From positions 1,080,001 to 1,112,000 of the forward strand of contig NC_000916.1 in the NCBI RefSeq assembly GCF_000008645.1: DNA of 32,000 nt. The letters are read 5' to 3'. A program made the position numbers and the translations under genes. The notes beneath the pieces were generated by a model, which saw only the letters and a list, made by a program, of their open reading frames with translations, made no database searches and had not been told where the DNA came from. Source of the DNA: Methanothermobacter thermautotrophicus str. Delta H. Lineage in GTDB: Archaea > Methanobacteriota > Methanobacteria > Methanobacteriales > Methanothermobacteraceae. This document shows, one piece after another, positions 16,638-25,200 of this stretch; positions within the stretch are counted from its first letter, which is position 1, and every line of letters starts with the position of its first letter.

Positions 16638-17111
16638 ATGGATGATGATCTGGTCAAAATCGATGATATTGACAGAAAGATAATAGACCTCCTGAATGAG
16701 GACGGACGCATGTCCTACAGGAACATATCAAGGATACTCGACGTTTCAGTGGGTACCGTCCACAACCGTGTTGAAAAACTTGTTAAAAAGGGGGTTATAA
16801 AGAAATTTGTGCCCATAATCGACCACTCCAAGCTCGGATACAAGCTGACAGCCATCATAGGTGTGAAGGTCAAGGGAGGGGTCCTGAGGAACTGGGAGAC
16901 AAGGACCGCCTACCATAAGAACGTCCTGGCAGTGTATGACGTTACAGGAGAATTCGACGCCATACTCATAGGTAAGTTCCGGGACACCGGTGAACTTGAC
17001 AGCTTCATAAAGGGCCTCCTCAGTGAGGGGGATGTGCAGAGGACATACACACAGACCGTCCTAAACATCGTCAAGGAGGATATGACCTCCACCAAGATGA
17101 TCGGAGATTAA
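16638..17111 (+). CDS. Lrp/AsnC-family transcriptional regulator
   Basis: HTH segment DRKIIDLLNEDGRMSYRNISRILDVSVGTVHNRVEKL plus a C-terminal RAM/ACT-like domain. GGTGAT SD before the ATG at 16638. Confidence 0.85.
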   Translation: MDDDLVKIDDIDRKIIDLLNEDGRMSYRNISRILDVSVGTVHNRVEKLVKKGVIKKFVPIIDHSKLGYKLTAIIGVKVKGGVLRNWETRTAYHKNVLAVYDVTGEFDAILIGKFRDTGELDSFIKGLLSEGDVQRTYTQTVLNIVKEDMTSTKMIGD

Positions 17112-17135
17112 ATTATTTATCCCCTGAATCAGAAA

Positions 17136-17157
17136 ATGATAACCATATGGTTATCAT
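17136..17157. promoter_or_regulatory. Perfect 22-bp palindrome ATGATAACCATATGGTTATCAT centred on the start codon of the HDAC-family gene
   Basis: All 11 pairs checked by hand. ATG 17147-17149 opens the right arm. A TATA-like aaattatttat (~17110-17121) lies ~27 nt upstream, and there is no SD. Confidence 0.6.
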
Positions 17158-18142
17158 CCACTCCCCATCCTATGACCTGCACAATCATGAGGGTCACGTT
17201 GAAAATAGTGGCAGGACCAGGGCCATCCTTAGGGCCATAGAATCCTCAGATCTCTCCCCAAGGTTCGTGGAACCCGGGATGGCTGGAATCGATGATATCC
17301 TCATGGTACACAGCAGTACTCATGTGGAGTACCTTGAGGTCTTCGCAGGGAGGGGTGGCGGATGGCTTGACTATGACACCTACATGACCCCCGAGAGCTT
17401 CAGTGTCGCGAGGCTCTCAGCAGGTGGAGCCATGCTGGCTGCCGAGGAGGCCCTCAGGGATGGCTGGTCCTACTCACTTGGAAGGCCCCCGGGCCACCAT
17501 GCCACCTATGACCGCTCCATGGGTTTCTGCATATTCAACAACATAGCCATAGCCATTGAGCATGCCCGCAGGAACCTCGGGGTCTCAAGGCCTCTGGTAC
17601 TTGATTTCGACGTCCACCACGGGAACGGTACATCCAGCATATTCTACAGGGACAGGGATGTGATGTACATATCCATACACCAGGACCCACGGACCCTCTT
17701 CCCTGGAACCGGGTTCATTGATGAGACCGGCTCCGGTGAGGGGGAGGGCTTCAACCTCAACATCCCCATGCCCAGGGGCTCGGGTAACCGTGAGTACCTC
17801 TGGATACTCGGGATGATACTCCCGGCGGTCCTGGAAGGATTCCGACCGGATATGATCTTTGTATCGGCAGGCTTTGATGCCCACAGAAGGGATCCCCTTG
17901 CAGAGATCATGGTTGATGAGGAGTTCTTCTCATGGATCGGGTGGTTCATCCATCAGACAGGACTCCCCTGCACCGCGGTTCTGGAGGGTGGCTATGACCC
18001 TGAGGCCCTTGGGAGATCAAACATCGCATTCATGAGGGGTCTTGATGGTGAGGAATACGAACCTGAAACAGCGGCGCCCGGGGGTGTCTCTGAAATATTC
18101 AGTCAGCTGAGTGACAGGTTTTCAGCATACTTCAACTTCTGA
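17147..18142 (+). CDS. Histone deacetylase-family amidohydrolase (AcuC / acetylpolyamine amidohydrolase-like)
   Basis: Catalytic blocks RPPGHHA, DFDVHHGNGT, SAGFDAH and EGGY. Confidence 0.8.
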   Translation: MVIIHSPSYDLHNHEGHVENSGRTRAILRAIESSDLSPRFVEPGMAGIDDILMVHSSTHVEYLEVFAGRGGGWLDYDTYMTPESFSVARLSAGGAMLAAEEALRDGWSYSLGRPPGHHATYDRSMGFCIFNNIAIAIEHARRNLGVSRPLVLDFDVHHGNGTSSIFYRDRDVMYISIHQDPRTLFPGTGFIDETGSGEGEGFNLNIPMPRGSGNREYLWILGMILPAVLEGFRPDMIFVSAGFDAHRRDPLAEIMVDEEFFSWIGWFIHQTGLPCTAVLEGGYDPEALGRSNIAFMRGLDGEEYEPETAAPGGVSEIFSQLSDRFSAYFNF

Positions 18143-18154
18143 GAGGGTATTGAA

Positions 18155-18823
18155 ATGGATAGGATCAGATTCGAACAGGCAGAGAAGCTTATAAGAAAGT
18201 CATGCATTAACCTCAAGAGGGAACAGGGATTCAGGGATGCCAGTGATGGTGTCATCGACACCGGGAAGCTTCAGGAGGCCATGATGGAACTCATCGATGC
18301 CGAGGAGTACCTTTACACAAGCCTCCCAACCCATGAACTTGGAGGTGAGGATGCTTCAGAGTTCTGCAGGAAGCTGATAGCCGCCAGGGAGGCCATTGAC
18401 CATATACTCGCAGACTTCGGTGTCCTTGAAAGGCAGGACCCATCCGAGAGGATAAGGGAGGCTGCAAGGGGTAAACTCATAATTGTGAACAATTCCTCAG
18501 TCAAAAAACTCCTTGTGAAGGCGGGGGTAGAAGCTCAGAATATCCTGGTTGCAGGAGCACCCCTCTCAGTTGATGATATGAGGGAGATAAACCCAAAAAT
18601 CCCTGAAAGTGCCCTCAGGGGTATAGAGAAGAAGATAGAGCACCTCCGGAACGACATTGAGAGGAAGCTTGATGCCCTGGAGGATGTTCTGGTTGTGGGA
18701 GAACCCGATAAGAGTACAGTTCTACTCGCAGCAAGGGCGGAAGAACTCTATGGTGCCGATTCAAGGTTAATGGAGAACATAAAGGATCTGAACTCTGAGG
18801 ATATTCTGGAGTTACTCTCCTGA
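18155..18823 (+). CDS. Conserved hypothetical protein, probably co-transcribed with the deacetylase
   Basis: 222 aa, starting 12 nt after the HDAC stop with GAGAGGG upstream. Helical N-terminus, then a short Rossmann-like stretch [19 protein letters not shown]. Family not recognised with confidence. Confidence 0.5.
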
Positions 18824-19050
18824 TTCCTGATTTTCCATCTGCTCTGAGGTGGTCTGAACTATCAACTGAATTTTCTGCATCCAACCACTAATGAACTGTT
18901 ATGAGATATCCCTCATCACTGATTTTCCCTGCACTAACCTGAAGGACAGCCAACTGATCAAATCAGTAATACTTCACCGGACAAGTATATAAGCAAAGTT
19001 CTCATACTATAGTTAAAACCTAGGTAACCATTACTCATGGGGTGTAAAAT

Positions 19051-20007
19051 TTGGGTTTAGTTTGTTTTCCAGATACACAGGACAAGATTCCTAGCATCCC
19101 CGTCCACCTCACAAGGGTGGGTGTTACAGGTGTTAAGAAGCTTCTGAAGATAGAGCGGGAGGGCAGAAGGCCCATAATCCTGCTTCCAACATTTGATGCC
19201 TTCGTGGATCTTCCGAGCAAACAGAGGGGGATCCACATGTCAAGGAACCCCGAGGCCATAAGTGACGTCCTCGAGGAGGTTGTTGAGAACAACGCACTTG
19301 AACTCGAATCCCTCTGCGCAGAGATAGTTAATGAACTCCTCAAGAAGCACAGGTACGCCCGGAGGGCCGAGGTAAGTATGAACAGCGACTTCATGTTCAT
19401 GAAAAGGTCGCCGGTGACCCGGAGGAAGAGTCAGGAGATGACAAAGATAATGGCAGACGCCATCGGTTACCGGGACGATGATGGGATAGTCATACGGAAG
19501 ATGATAGGGGCAGAGGTTGTGGGTATGACCGTGTGTCCCTGTGCACAGGAATCTGTCAGGGAAGCCTCACGCCAGAAGCTCCTTGAATTTCTTGACGATG
19601 AGACCGTCGAGAGAGTCCTTGACTGTGTATCCTTCGCCTCCCACAACCAGAGTGGGCGTGGCATGATAATGATAGAGGTCCCTGAGGACCAGACCATAAG
19701 GGCTGAGAAGCTCATAGACATCATAGAGAGCTCCATGAGTTCACCTGTCTATGAACTCCTCAAGAGACCCGACGAGAACGCGGTGGTGATGAGTGCCCAT
19801 GAAAATCCCATGTTCGTTGAGGACTGTGTCCGTAACATGGTCCACAGGATAGTCAGTGAGTACCCCCACCTGCCGGATGACACCATCGTTACCGTAAGGC
19901 AGATAAACGAGGAGAGCATACACAGACACAACGCCTTCGCAGAGAAGGTTGCGACCATGGGAGAACTCAGATACGAGATAGAAGAACTTAACGGTGCCGG
20001 GAGTTGA
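19051..20007 (+). CDS. mptA: GTP cyclohydrolase MptA (FolE2/type IV family, methanopterin pathway)
   Basis: The N-terminus FPDTQDKIPSIPVHLTRVGVTGVKK and the blocks RGIHMSR and CPCAQE are typical of the family. There is a TTG start at 19051 with GGGGTG 6 nt upstream and no in-frame ATG nearby. Confidence 0.75.
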   Translation: MGLVCFPDTQDKIPSIPVHLTRVGVTGVKKLLKIEREGRRPIILLPTFDAFVDLPSKQRGIHMSRNPEAISDVLEEVVENNALELESLCAEIVNELLKKHRYARRAEVSMNSDFMFMKRSPVTRRKSQEMTKIMADAIGYRDDDGIVIRKMIGAEVVGMTVCPCAQESVREASRQKLLEFLDDETVERVLDCVSFASHNQSGRGMIMIEVPEDQTIRAEKLIDIIESSMSSPVYELLKRPDENAVVMSAHENPMFVEDCVRNMVHRIVSEYPHLPDDTIVTVRQINEESIHRHNAFAEKVATMGELRYEIEELNGAGS

Positions 20008-20015
20008 TATGATTG

Positions 20016-20453
20016 ATGAAACTGCACAGGATAGCCGGAGAAATCATGGGTTTCTTTGAAGCATTTGAGGGTTCCAGACCCGCACTTGACTCCCGGGAAA
20101 TTCTCATAGTGAGGGGGATGTCCAGGAAGAGGATGAATGCGGATGACATGTCCCGGGAACTTGATAGTTTGATTGAACACCTTGGAGCCGCGGAACTGGA
20201 TTTACTCTCAGAGGAGGGCGCTGCCCTCATAGGTGTGATGGATGAACAGATAAGGTCATGTGTGGAGGTTGGAACCGAAACCGATATAGGAGGAATACAC
20301 CGTCTGAAGGAATCCCTTGAGGATATGAACTTCAGTGTTGAGTACCGCCTCTGCATGGCCGACGAGACAGGCCTCTTTGTTGTTCTCTACAGGGACCGGA
20401 GCGGAGTCGGACCCTGCTTTGTTGAGGCTGTTGTCTCTGACCTATCTGAATAA
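20016..20453 (+). CDS. Hypothetical acidic protein (about 145 aa)
   Basis: An ORF squeezed between mptA (8 nt gap) and cofG (21 nt gap). No family recognised. Confidence 0.45.
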   Translation: MKLHRIAGEIMGFFEAFEGSRPALDSREILIVRGMSRKRMNADDMSRELDSLIEHLGAAELDLLSEEGAALIGVMDEQIRSCVEVGTETDIGGIHRLKESLEDMNFSVEYRLCMADETGLFVVLYRDRSGVGPCFVEAVVSDLSE

Positions 20454-20474
20454 TCTAATTTTAACGGTGCTCCC

Positions 20475-21554
20475 ATGCTCCACTCAAAGGACGAAGTACT
20501 CGAAGTCCTCCTCATGAAGGGGCCGGATATACTGGACCTCATGAAGAGGGCCTGTGAAACTGGAAGCGTGACCTACTCAAGGAACATATTCATACCCCTC
20601 ACAAGGGCCTGCCGGAACCGCTGCGGATACTGCACCTTCAGGTCAGACACCCCCGAGCCCCCCCTACTCGAACCTGAAGACGTTATGGGTGAGGTGAGGA
20701 GAGCCCTCTCCCTCGGCTGTACCGAGGCCCTCTTCACCTTCGGTGAGGATGCCCATGAGTTCCCAGGGGTTCGGGACAAGCTTGAATCCCTTGGCTTTGG
20801 AGATATGACTGATTACACATATCACCTCTGTGAGCTGACACTTGATGCTGGACTCCTGCCACACACCAACATGGGTGTGATAGGCTACCGCGAACTGAGG
20901 ATGCTGAAGGAGGTAAACGCATCCATGGGGCTCATGCTCGAATCAGCGAGTCCCAGGCTCATGGAAACAGAGGCCCACCGTGAAAGCCCTGGTAAGAACC
21001 CCAGATTGAGGATAAAAATGATAGAGGACGCTGGGAGACTCAGGATACCATTCACCACTGGCTTGCTCATAGGTATAGGTGAAACCATCGAGGAGAGGGC
21101 CGAGTCCCTCCTTGAGCTTAGGAGAATACAGGACAGGTACGGGCATATACAGGAGATAATAATCCAGAACTTCCGCTCAAAACCTGGAATCCCCATGGAG
21201 AACCAGCGGGAACCCTCCCTCCTTGAAATGGTGAAGATGGTTGCGGCTGCAAAGATAATGTTCCCTGATGTGAGCATACAGGTCCCTCCGAACCTGAACA
21301 GGGAAACCGGTGAGATATTCCTCCTGGCCGGTGCAGATGACTGGGGTGGTGTATCACCCATCAGCCGGGACTATGTGAATCCCGAGGCGCCATGGCCAGA
21401 GATAGATGAACTTAAAAGGATCACCGAATCTGCTGGATTTGCTCTTGAGGAGAGGCTCCCTGTATACAGAAAATTCATCTCCAGGGAGTTTCTGAGCCCC
21501 CGTGTGATGGAACGGATAGAAGAGCTTTATCCCCGGTTCATCGAGACTCTGTGA
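20475..21554 (+). CDS. cofG: FO synthase subunit 1 (radical SAM; F420 chromophore biosynthesis)
   Basis: Radical-SAM motif CRNRCGYCTF near the N-terminus. Length ~360 aa with blocks typical of CofG rather than CofH. Confidence 0.75.
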   Translation: MLHSKDEVLEVLLMKGPDILDLMKRACETGSVTYSRNIFIPLTRACRNRCGYCTFRSDTPEPPLLEPEDVMGEVRRALSLGCTEALFTFGEDAHEFPGVRDKLESLGFGDMTDYTYHLCELTLDAGLLPHTNMGVIGYRELRMLKEVNASMGLMLESASPRLMETEAHRESPGKNPRLRIKMIEDAGRLRIPFTTGLLIGIGETIEERAESLLELRRIQDRYGHIQEIIIQNFRSKPGIPMENQREPSLLEMVKMVAAAKIMFPDVSIQVPPNLNRETGEIFLLAGADDWGGVSPISRDYVNPEAPWPEIDELKRITESAGFALEERLPVYRKFISREFLSPRVMERIEELYPRFIETL

Positions 21555-21586
21555 GTCCCGGACACCTGCTCCCATGACACTGAATC

Positions 21587-22135
21587 CTACAATTCCACGC
21601 CAGGGGATGGTAGAATTATTGTGCCCTCCACCGGATCTCCCAGTTCGATGAAGTCTCCCCTGCAGTAGAGGATGGCGACTGCTCCGGCTATGAGGGCGTC
21701 CCTCTGGTGTACACTCATCTCCAGATCTTCAATTCCCAGTTTTCTGCTCATCCATCCCGAGAGACCTGCCACTGAATCTGCAGTTCTCGGGTGGGTTTCA
21801 ATTACCTTCACCCCCATGGATCCCAGTATCTCGGCTATCTTCATGCCCCTCATGGTGAGCTCCCTCATACCCCTCCATGTGAGGGGAAGGACGGAACCAT
21901 ACCGCCTCAGCTCCAGGTCGGCCCTTCTGAAGTGGCCATATCTGCTGCAGCTGCAGTCATGTTCAAGGCAGCAGCGCCCGGCCGGGAGGGATAGGGGTGC
22001 GTCGACTGCCACCACATCTGCAGACTTAACTGCATCTATTATCTCCCGGAGGGAGAAGGCACTCAATAGTTCATAGGTGTCGCCCTCCAGGATAAAAATA
22101 CCGCTTTCCCTTCCATCTGCTGCCGCCGGATCCAC
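21587..22135 (-). CDS. DUF429-like predicted RNase H-fold nuclease; start uncertain
   Basis: VVAVDAPLSLP, ETHPR and QRDALIAGAVA resemble DUF429/COG2410. The only canonical start is GTG at 22135, but the frame stays open 14 codons further upstream (see findings). Confidence 0.5.
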   Translation of the reverse strand: MDPAAADGRESGIFILEGDTYELLSAFSLREIIDAVKSADVVAVDAPLSLPAGRCCLEHDCSCSRYGHFRRADLELRRYGSVLPLTWRGMRELTMRGMKIAEILGSMGVKVIETHPRTADSVAGLSGWMSRKLGIEDLEMSVHQRDALIAGAVAILYCRGDFIELGDPVEGTIILPSPGVEL

Positions 22136-22298
22136 ACCCGCAACCTTAGGTACCAGAATATCACCTTCTAAATCTATGAATAGCCCCAGCGGTTACATAC
22201 CATGGAGTTATTTCTATGAATGCTTCAAACCCATATTCATATACGATGAATTCCATTTACTCCACCTGTATCATGGCACCCCCAGTTCCTGCCTGCAG

Positions 22299-23024
22299 CT
22301 AGTGTATCCTGACATCCAGCACGACATGCCAGACCCCGGGGGAGTACTTCTTTATAACGCGCTTATCAAGCAGTGAGACCCTCCTTGGATGCGCCGCCCT
22401 CTCAATCCGCCTGAGGGGTCTTGAGAATCTTATGGCCTCCGGTGCGGTTTCATGGTAATGTATAACGCCTCCATCCCTGACACACTCCATTGCGGCGTCA
22501 AGGAAGTGGTGTGTCCTTCCAACGTAACCCATTATAACCCTATCAGCATCAAGTTCCGGGGCTACCTCACGGCAGTCCCCCAGGATGGGTTCTATTATCC
22601 CTTCAACCCTGTTGAGGGTTATGTTGGATTTGAGGAGTTCAAATGAGTCCGGGTTTAACTCCACTGAGTAAACCCTGCCTGGATCTGAATGGACAGCCAC
22701 CGGTATGGAGAAGTACCCTATACCCGCGAACATGTCGACAACGGTCTCACCCTCCTCCACAAGTGACGGTATCCGGGCCCTCTCGTTTATGTTACCCCGT
22801 GACCACATGACCCTTGAGAGGTCTATCCTGAAGAGGCAGCCGTTCTCTTTGTGAACCGTTTCTGTGCCGCTGCCTGCAAGTACCCTGACCCTCGGCCTTC
22901 TGAGGGGACCATGTATACCCTCCACCCGGATTACACTCCTGACCCCCTCCATCTCAAGTAAAGCCTCTGGATCATCCGCTTCCCTGTTGAGGACTATAAT
23001 ATCTCCTATCCTTGCCCATTTCAT
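22299..23024 (-). CDS. taw2: Trm5/TYW2-family SAM-dependent enzyme, probably Taw2 (wyosine-derivative aminocarboxypropyl transferase)
   Basis: SAM-binding block VVDMFAGIGYFSIPVA. The ~240 aa size fits Taw2 rather than full-length Trm5. ATG 23024 with AGGTGA SD is preferred over GTG 23033. Confidence 0.55.
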   Translation of the reverse strand: MKWARIGDIIVLNREADDPEALLEMEGVRSVIRVEGIHGPLRRPRVRVLAGSGTETVHKENGCLFRIDLSRVMWSRGNINERARIPSLVEEGETVVDMFAGIGYFSIPVAVHSDPGRVYSVELNPDSFELLKSNITLNRVEGIIEPILGDCREVAPELDADRVIMGYVGRTHHFLDAAMECVRDGGVIHYHETAPEAIRFSRPLRRIERAAHPRRVSLLDKRVIKKYSPGVWHVVLDVRIH

Positions 23025-23170
23025 GGTTTTCACTGTTTAGGGGAGTGTTTAAAAAAATAAATCCATAAGTGTTCTTTTTTCCTCCAAGTATTTAATGGCT
23101 TTTACGGAAGACAAAAAAGATAATTATCATGAAATTAAACCACTTATATATAAATCCAAGGGGTTTTTTT

Positions 23171-24262
23171 ATGAGTAAGGTAAACCGTGATGAGATACTC
23201 GACATCCTTGAAGGATACAGCAGGGAAGATATAACAGTAGCAACCCTGGGCAGCCACACATCACTGCACATACTGAACGGTGCAAAGCAGGAGGGCTTCA
23301 AGACCGCAGTTGTCTGTGAGAAGGGTCGTGAAGTTCCATATCAGCGGTTCAGAGTTGCAGATGAATTCATAATGGTTGATAAATTCAGTGATATAGTGAA
23401 TGATGATGTTCAGGACGAACTGAGGTCAATGAACAGCATAATAGTCCCTCACGGCTCCTTTGTGGCCTATGCAGGTCTTGATCACATTGAAAACGACTTC
23501 TATGTCCCCATGTTCGGTAACAGGGATATACTGAGATGGGAATCCGAACGTGACCTTGAGAGGAAGCTCATGGAGGAGGCAGGTATAAGGATACCCTTCA
23601 AGTACACTGACCCTGAGGAAATAGACAGGACAGTCATGGTCAAGTTCCCTGGTGCCAGGGGTGGTCGTGGATACTTCGTGGCTTCAAGTACAGAGGAGTT
23701 CAATGAAAAGATCGACTCCATGCTGGAGAGGGGCTGGATAACTGAGGATGATGTCAAAGATGCCCACATCGAGGAATACATAGCAGGTACCAACTTCTGC
23801 ATCCACTACTTCTACTCAATCATGAACGATGAGGTCGAACTCATGGGTATGGACAGCAGATTCGAGTCAAACATCGACGGCCTCGTAAGGATACCCGCAA
23901 GGGACCAGCTTGATATAAACCTTGACCCCTCCTACGTGATAACCGGTAACCACCCGGTTGCCATGAGGGAATCCCTTCTCCCACAGGCCTTTGATATGGG
24001 AGACCGGATGGTGGAAGCAGCGAGCAAGATTGTTCCCCCTGGCATGAACGGTCCCTTCTGTCTCCAGACCATGTGCACAGATAACCTTGAGATTGTGACA
24101 TTTGAGATGAGCGCACGCACAGATGGGGGTACAAACACCTTCATGCACGGTTCAACCTACAGTTACCTCCTCCATGGTGAGGGCATGAGCATGGGCCGTC
24201 GCGTTGCAAGGGAGATCAGGGTGGCCGCAGAGCAGGACCGCCTCCCAGAAATCATAACCTGA
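23171..24262 (+). CDS. purP: FAICAR synthetase (5-formaminoimidazole-4-carboxamide ribotide synthetase)
   Basis: The N-terminus [30 protein letters not shown] and an ATP-grasp body are typical of PurP. ATG 23171 is preferred over 23129. Confidence 0.85.
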   Translation: MSKVNRDEILDILEGYSREDITVATLGSHTSLHILNGAKQEGFKTAVVCEKGREVPYQRFRVADEFIMVDKFSDIVNDDVQDELRSMNSIIVPHGSFVAYAGLDHIENDFYVPMFGNRDILRWESERDLERKLMEEAGIRIPFKYTDPEEIDRTVMVKFPGARGGRGYFVASSTEEFNEKIDSMLERGWITEDDVKDAHIEEYIAGTNFCIHYFYSIMNDEVELMGMDSRFESNIDGLVRIPARDQLDINLDPSYVITGNHPVAMRESLLPQAFDMGDRMVEAASKIVPPGMNGPFCLQTMCTDNLEIVTFEMSARTDGGTNTFMHGSTYSYLLHGEGMSMGRRVAREIRVAAEQDRLPEIIT

Positions 24263-24498
24263 TACTCCCACCTCATTCCTTTTAATGACCGGATAACCGT
24301 TCTTCAACCCCTCAGGAAGCCCCATCTATTATAAAAAAATCGCAAAGTTTAATAAGGACCTCCTGTTATATATTGGTACAGAACTTTTATGTCCATGGGG
24401 ACAGCCCTTTGCAGGGTTAAATGAAAACCCTTTATATACCATAAAAACACAATGGGATCCAGGACTGGTTTTTTATTATTTTTATTAGAGGTGTATCT

Positions 24499-25131
24499 AT
24501 GAACGATAAAAACACGCTGAAAGGCACCACAACTGTTGGCATAACATGCAAGGATGGAGTTGTTTTTGCCACAGAGAGAAGGGCCAGTATGGGCAACCTC
24601 ATAGCCCATAAGGCTACAGACAAGATTTTTAAAATAGATGAACACATAGCCGCGACCATTGCAGGTTCAGTGGCGGATGCCCAGAGCCTCATGAAGTACC
24701 TCAAGGCTGAGGCTGCACTTTACCGCATGAGAAACTCAGAAAAGATAAGCATAGAGGCCGCTGCTGCACTCGCAGCTAATATACTACACTCATCACGTTT
24801 CTATCCATTCATAGTACAGACACTCCTTGGAGGCGTCGACGAGAACGGTGCAAAGATCTACTCCCTTGACCCGTCAGGGGGGATGATACCAGACAAGTTC
24901 GTCTCAACGGGTTCCGGTTCACCGGTTGCCTACGGGGTCCTTGAGGACAGATACAGTGATGAACTGTACGTGGACGAGGCAGTGGATGTGGCCATAAGGG
25001 CCATAAAATCCGCCATGGAGAGGGACACCTACTCAGGTAACGGAATCCTTGTGGCGACCGTCACAGAGGAGGAAGGTTTCAGGATGCTTAGTGAAGAGGA
25101 AATCCAGAAAAGGATTGAAAACCTCAACTGA
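24499..25131 (+). CDS. psmB: Proteasome subunit beta
   Basis: A short propeptide then TTTVGITCKDGVVFATE, with the active-site Thr following Gly. Confidence 0.9.
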   Translation: MNDKNTLKGTTTVGITCKDGVVFATERRASMGNLIAHKATDKIFKIDEHIAATIAGSVADAQSLMKYLKAEAALYRMRNSEKISIEAAAALAANILHSSRFYPFIVQTLLGGVDENGAKIYSLDPSGGMIPDKFVSTGSGSPVAYGVLEDRYSDELYVDEAVDVAIRAIKSAMERDTYSGNGILVATVTEEEGFRMLSEEEIQKRIENLN

Positions 25132-25188
25132 TTTTTCTCCTATTTTTAATTGCAGTAAACACCTGTTTACTGATATTCCCTGTTTTTT
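25132..25188 (+). terminator. Oligo-T tracts (T5 25132-25136, T5 25143-25147, T6 25183-25188) flanking an 8-bp hairpin (25153-25160 / 25165-25172)
   Basis: Read directly: CAGTAAAC acct GTTTACTG. Located between psmB and the aCPSF1/FttA gene. Confidence 0.45.
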
Positions 25189-25200
25189 AGAAGTGATCTT

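Noticed and set aside
18824-19050. Possible C/D-box sRNA: several CTGA boxes on the plus strand, ATGAGA followed 12 nt later by CTGA, and a GTGATGA on the minus strand.
   Set aside because: No canonical RUGAUGA C box is paired with a CUGA D box at proper spacing on the same strand. The minus-strand GTGATGA has no downstream CTGA, and there is no terminal stem.
24158-24331. A 57-codon minus-strand ORF (MGLPEGLKNGYPVIKRNEVGV...) starting next to an AT-rich element and running antisense into the purP 3' end.
   Set aside because: It has no SD, overlaps purP antisense by ~100 nt and has unremarkable composition. It is most likely chance.
24263-24498. The 236-bp purP-psmB spacer, checked for an RNA gene. 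It has a 6-bp stem AGGGTT/AACCCT at 24413-24431 abutting a TATA-like tttatatacc, and CCAG..CTGG followed by a T6 run at ~24461-24476.
   Set aside because: Only short stems are present and there are no tRNA-like or known ncRNA motifs. It is adequately explained as the psmB promoter plus 5' UTR.
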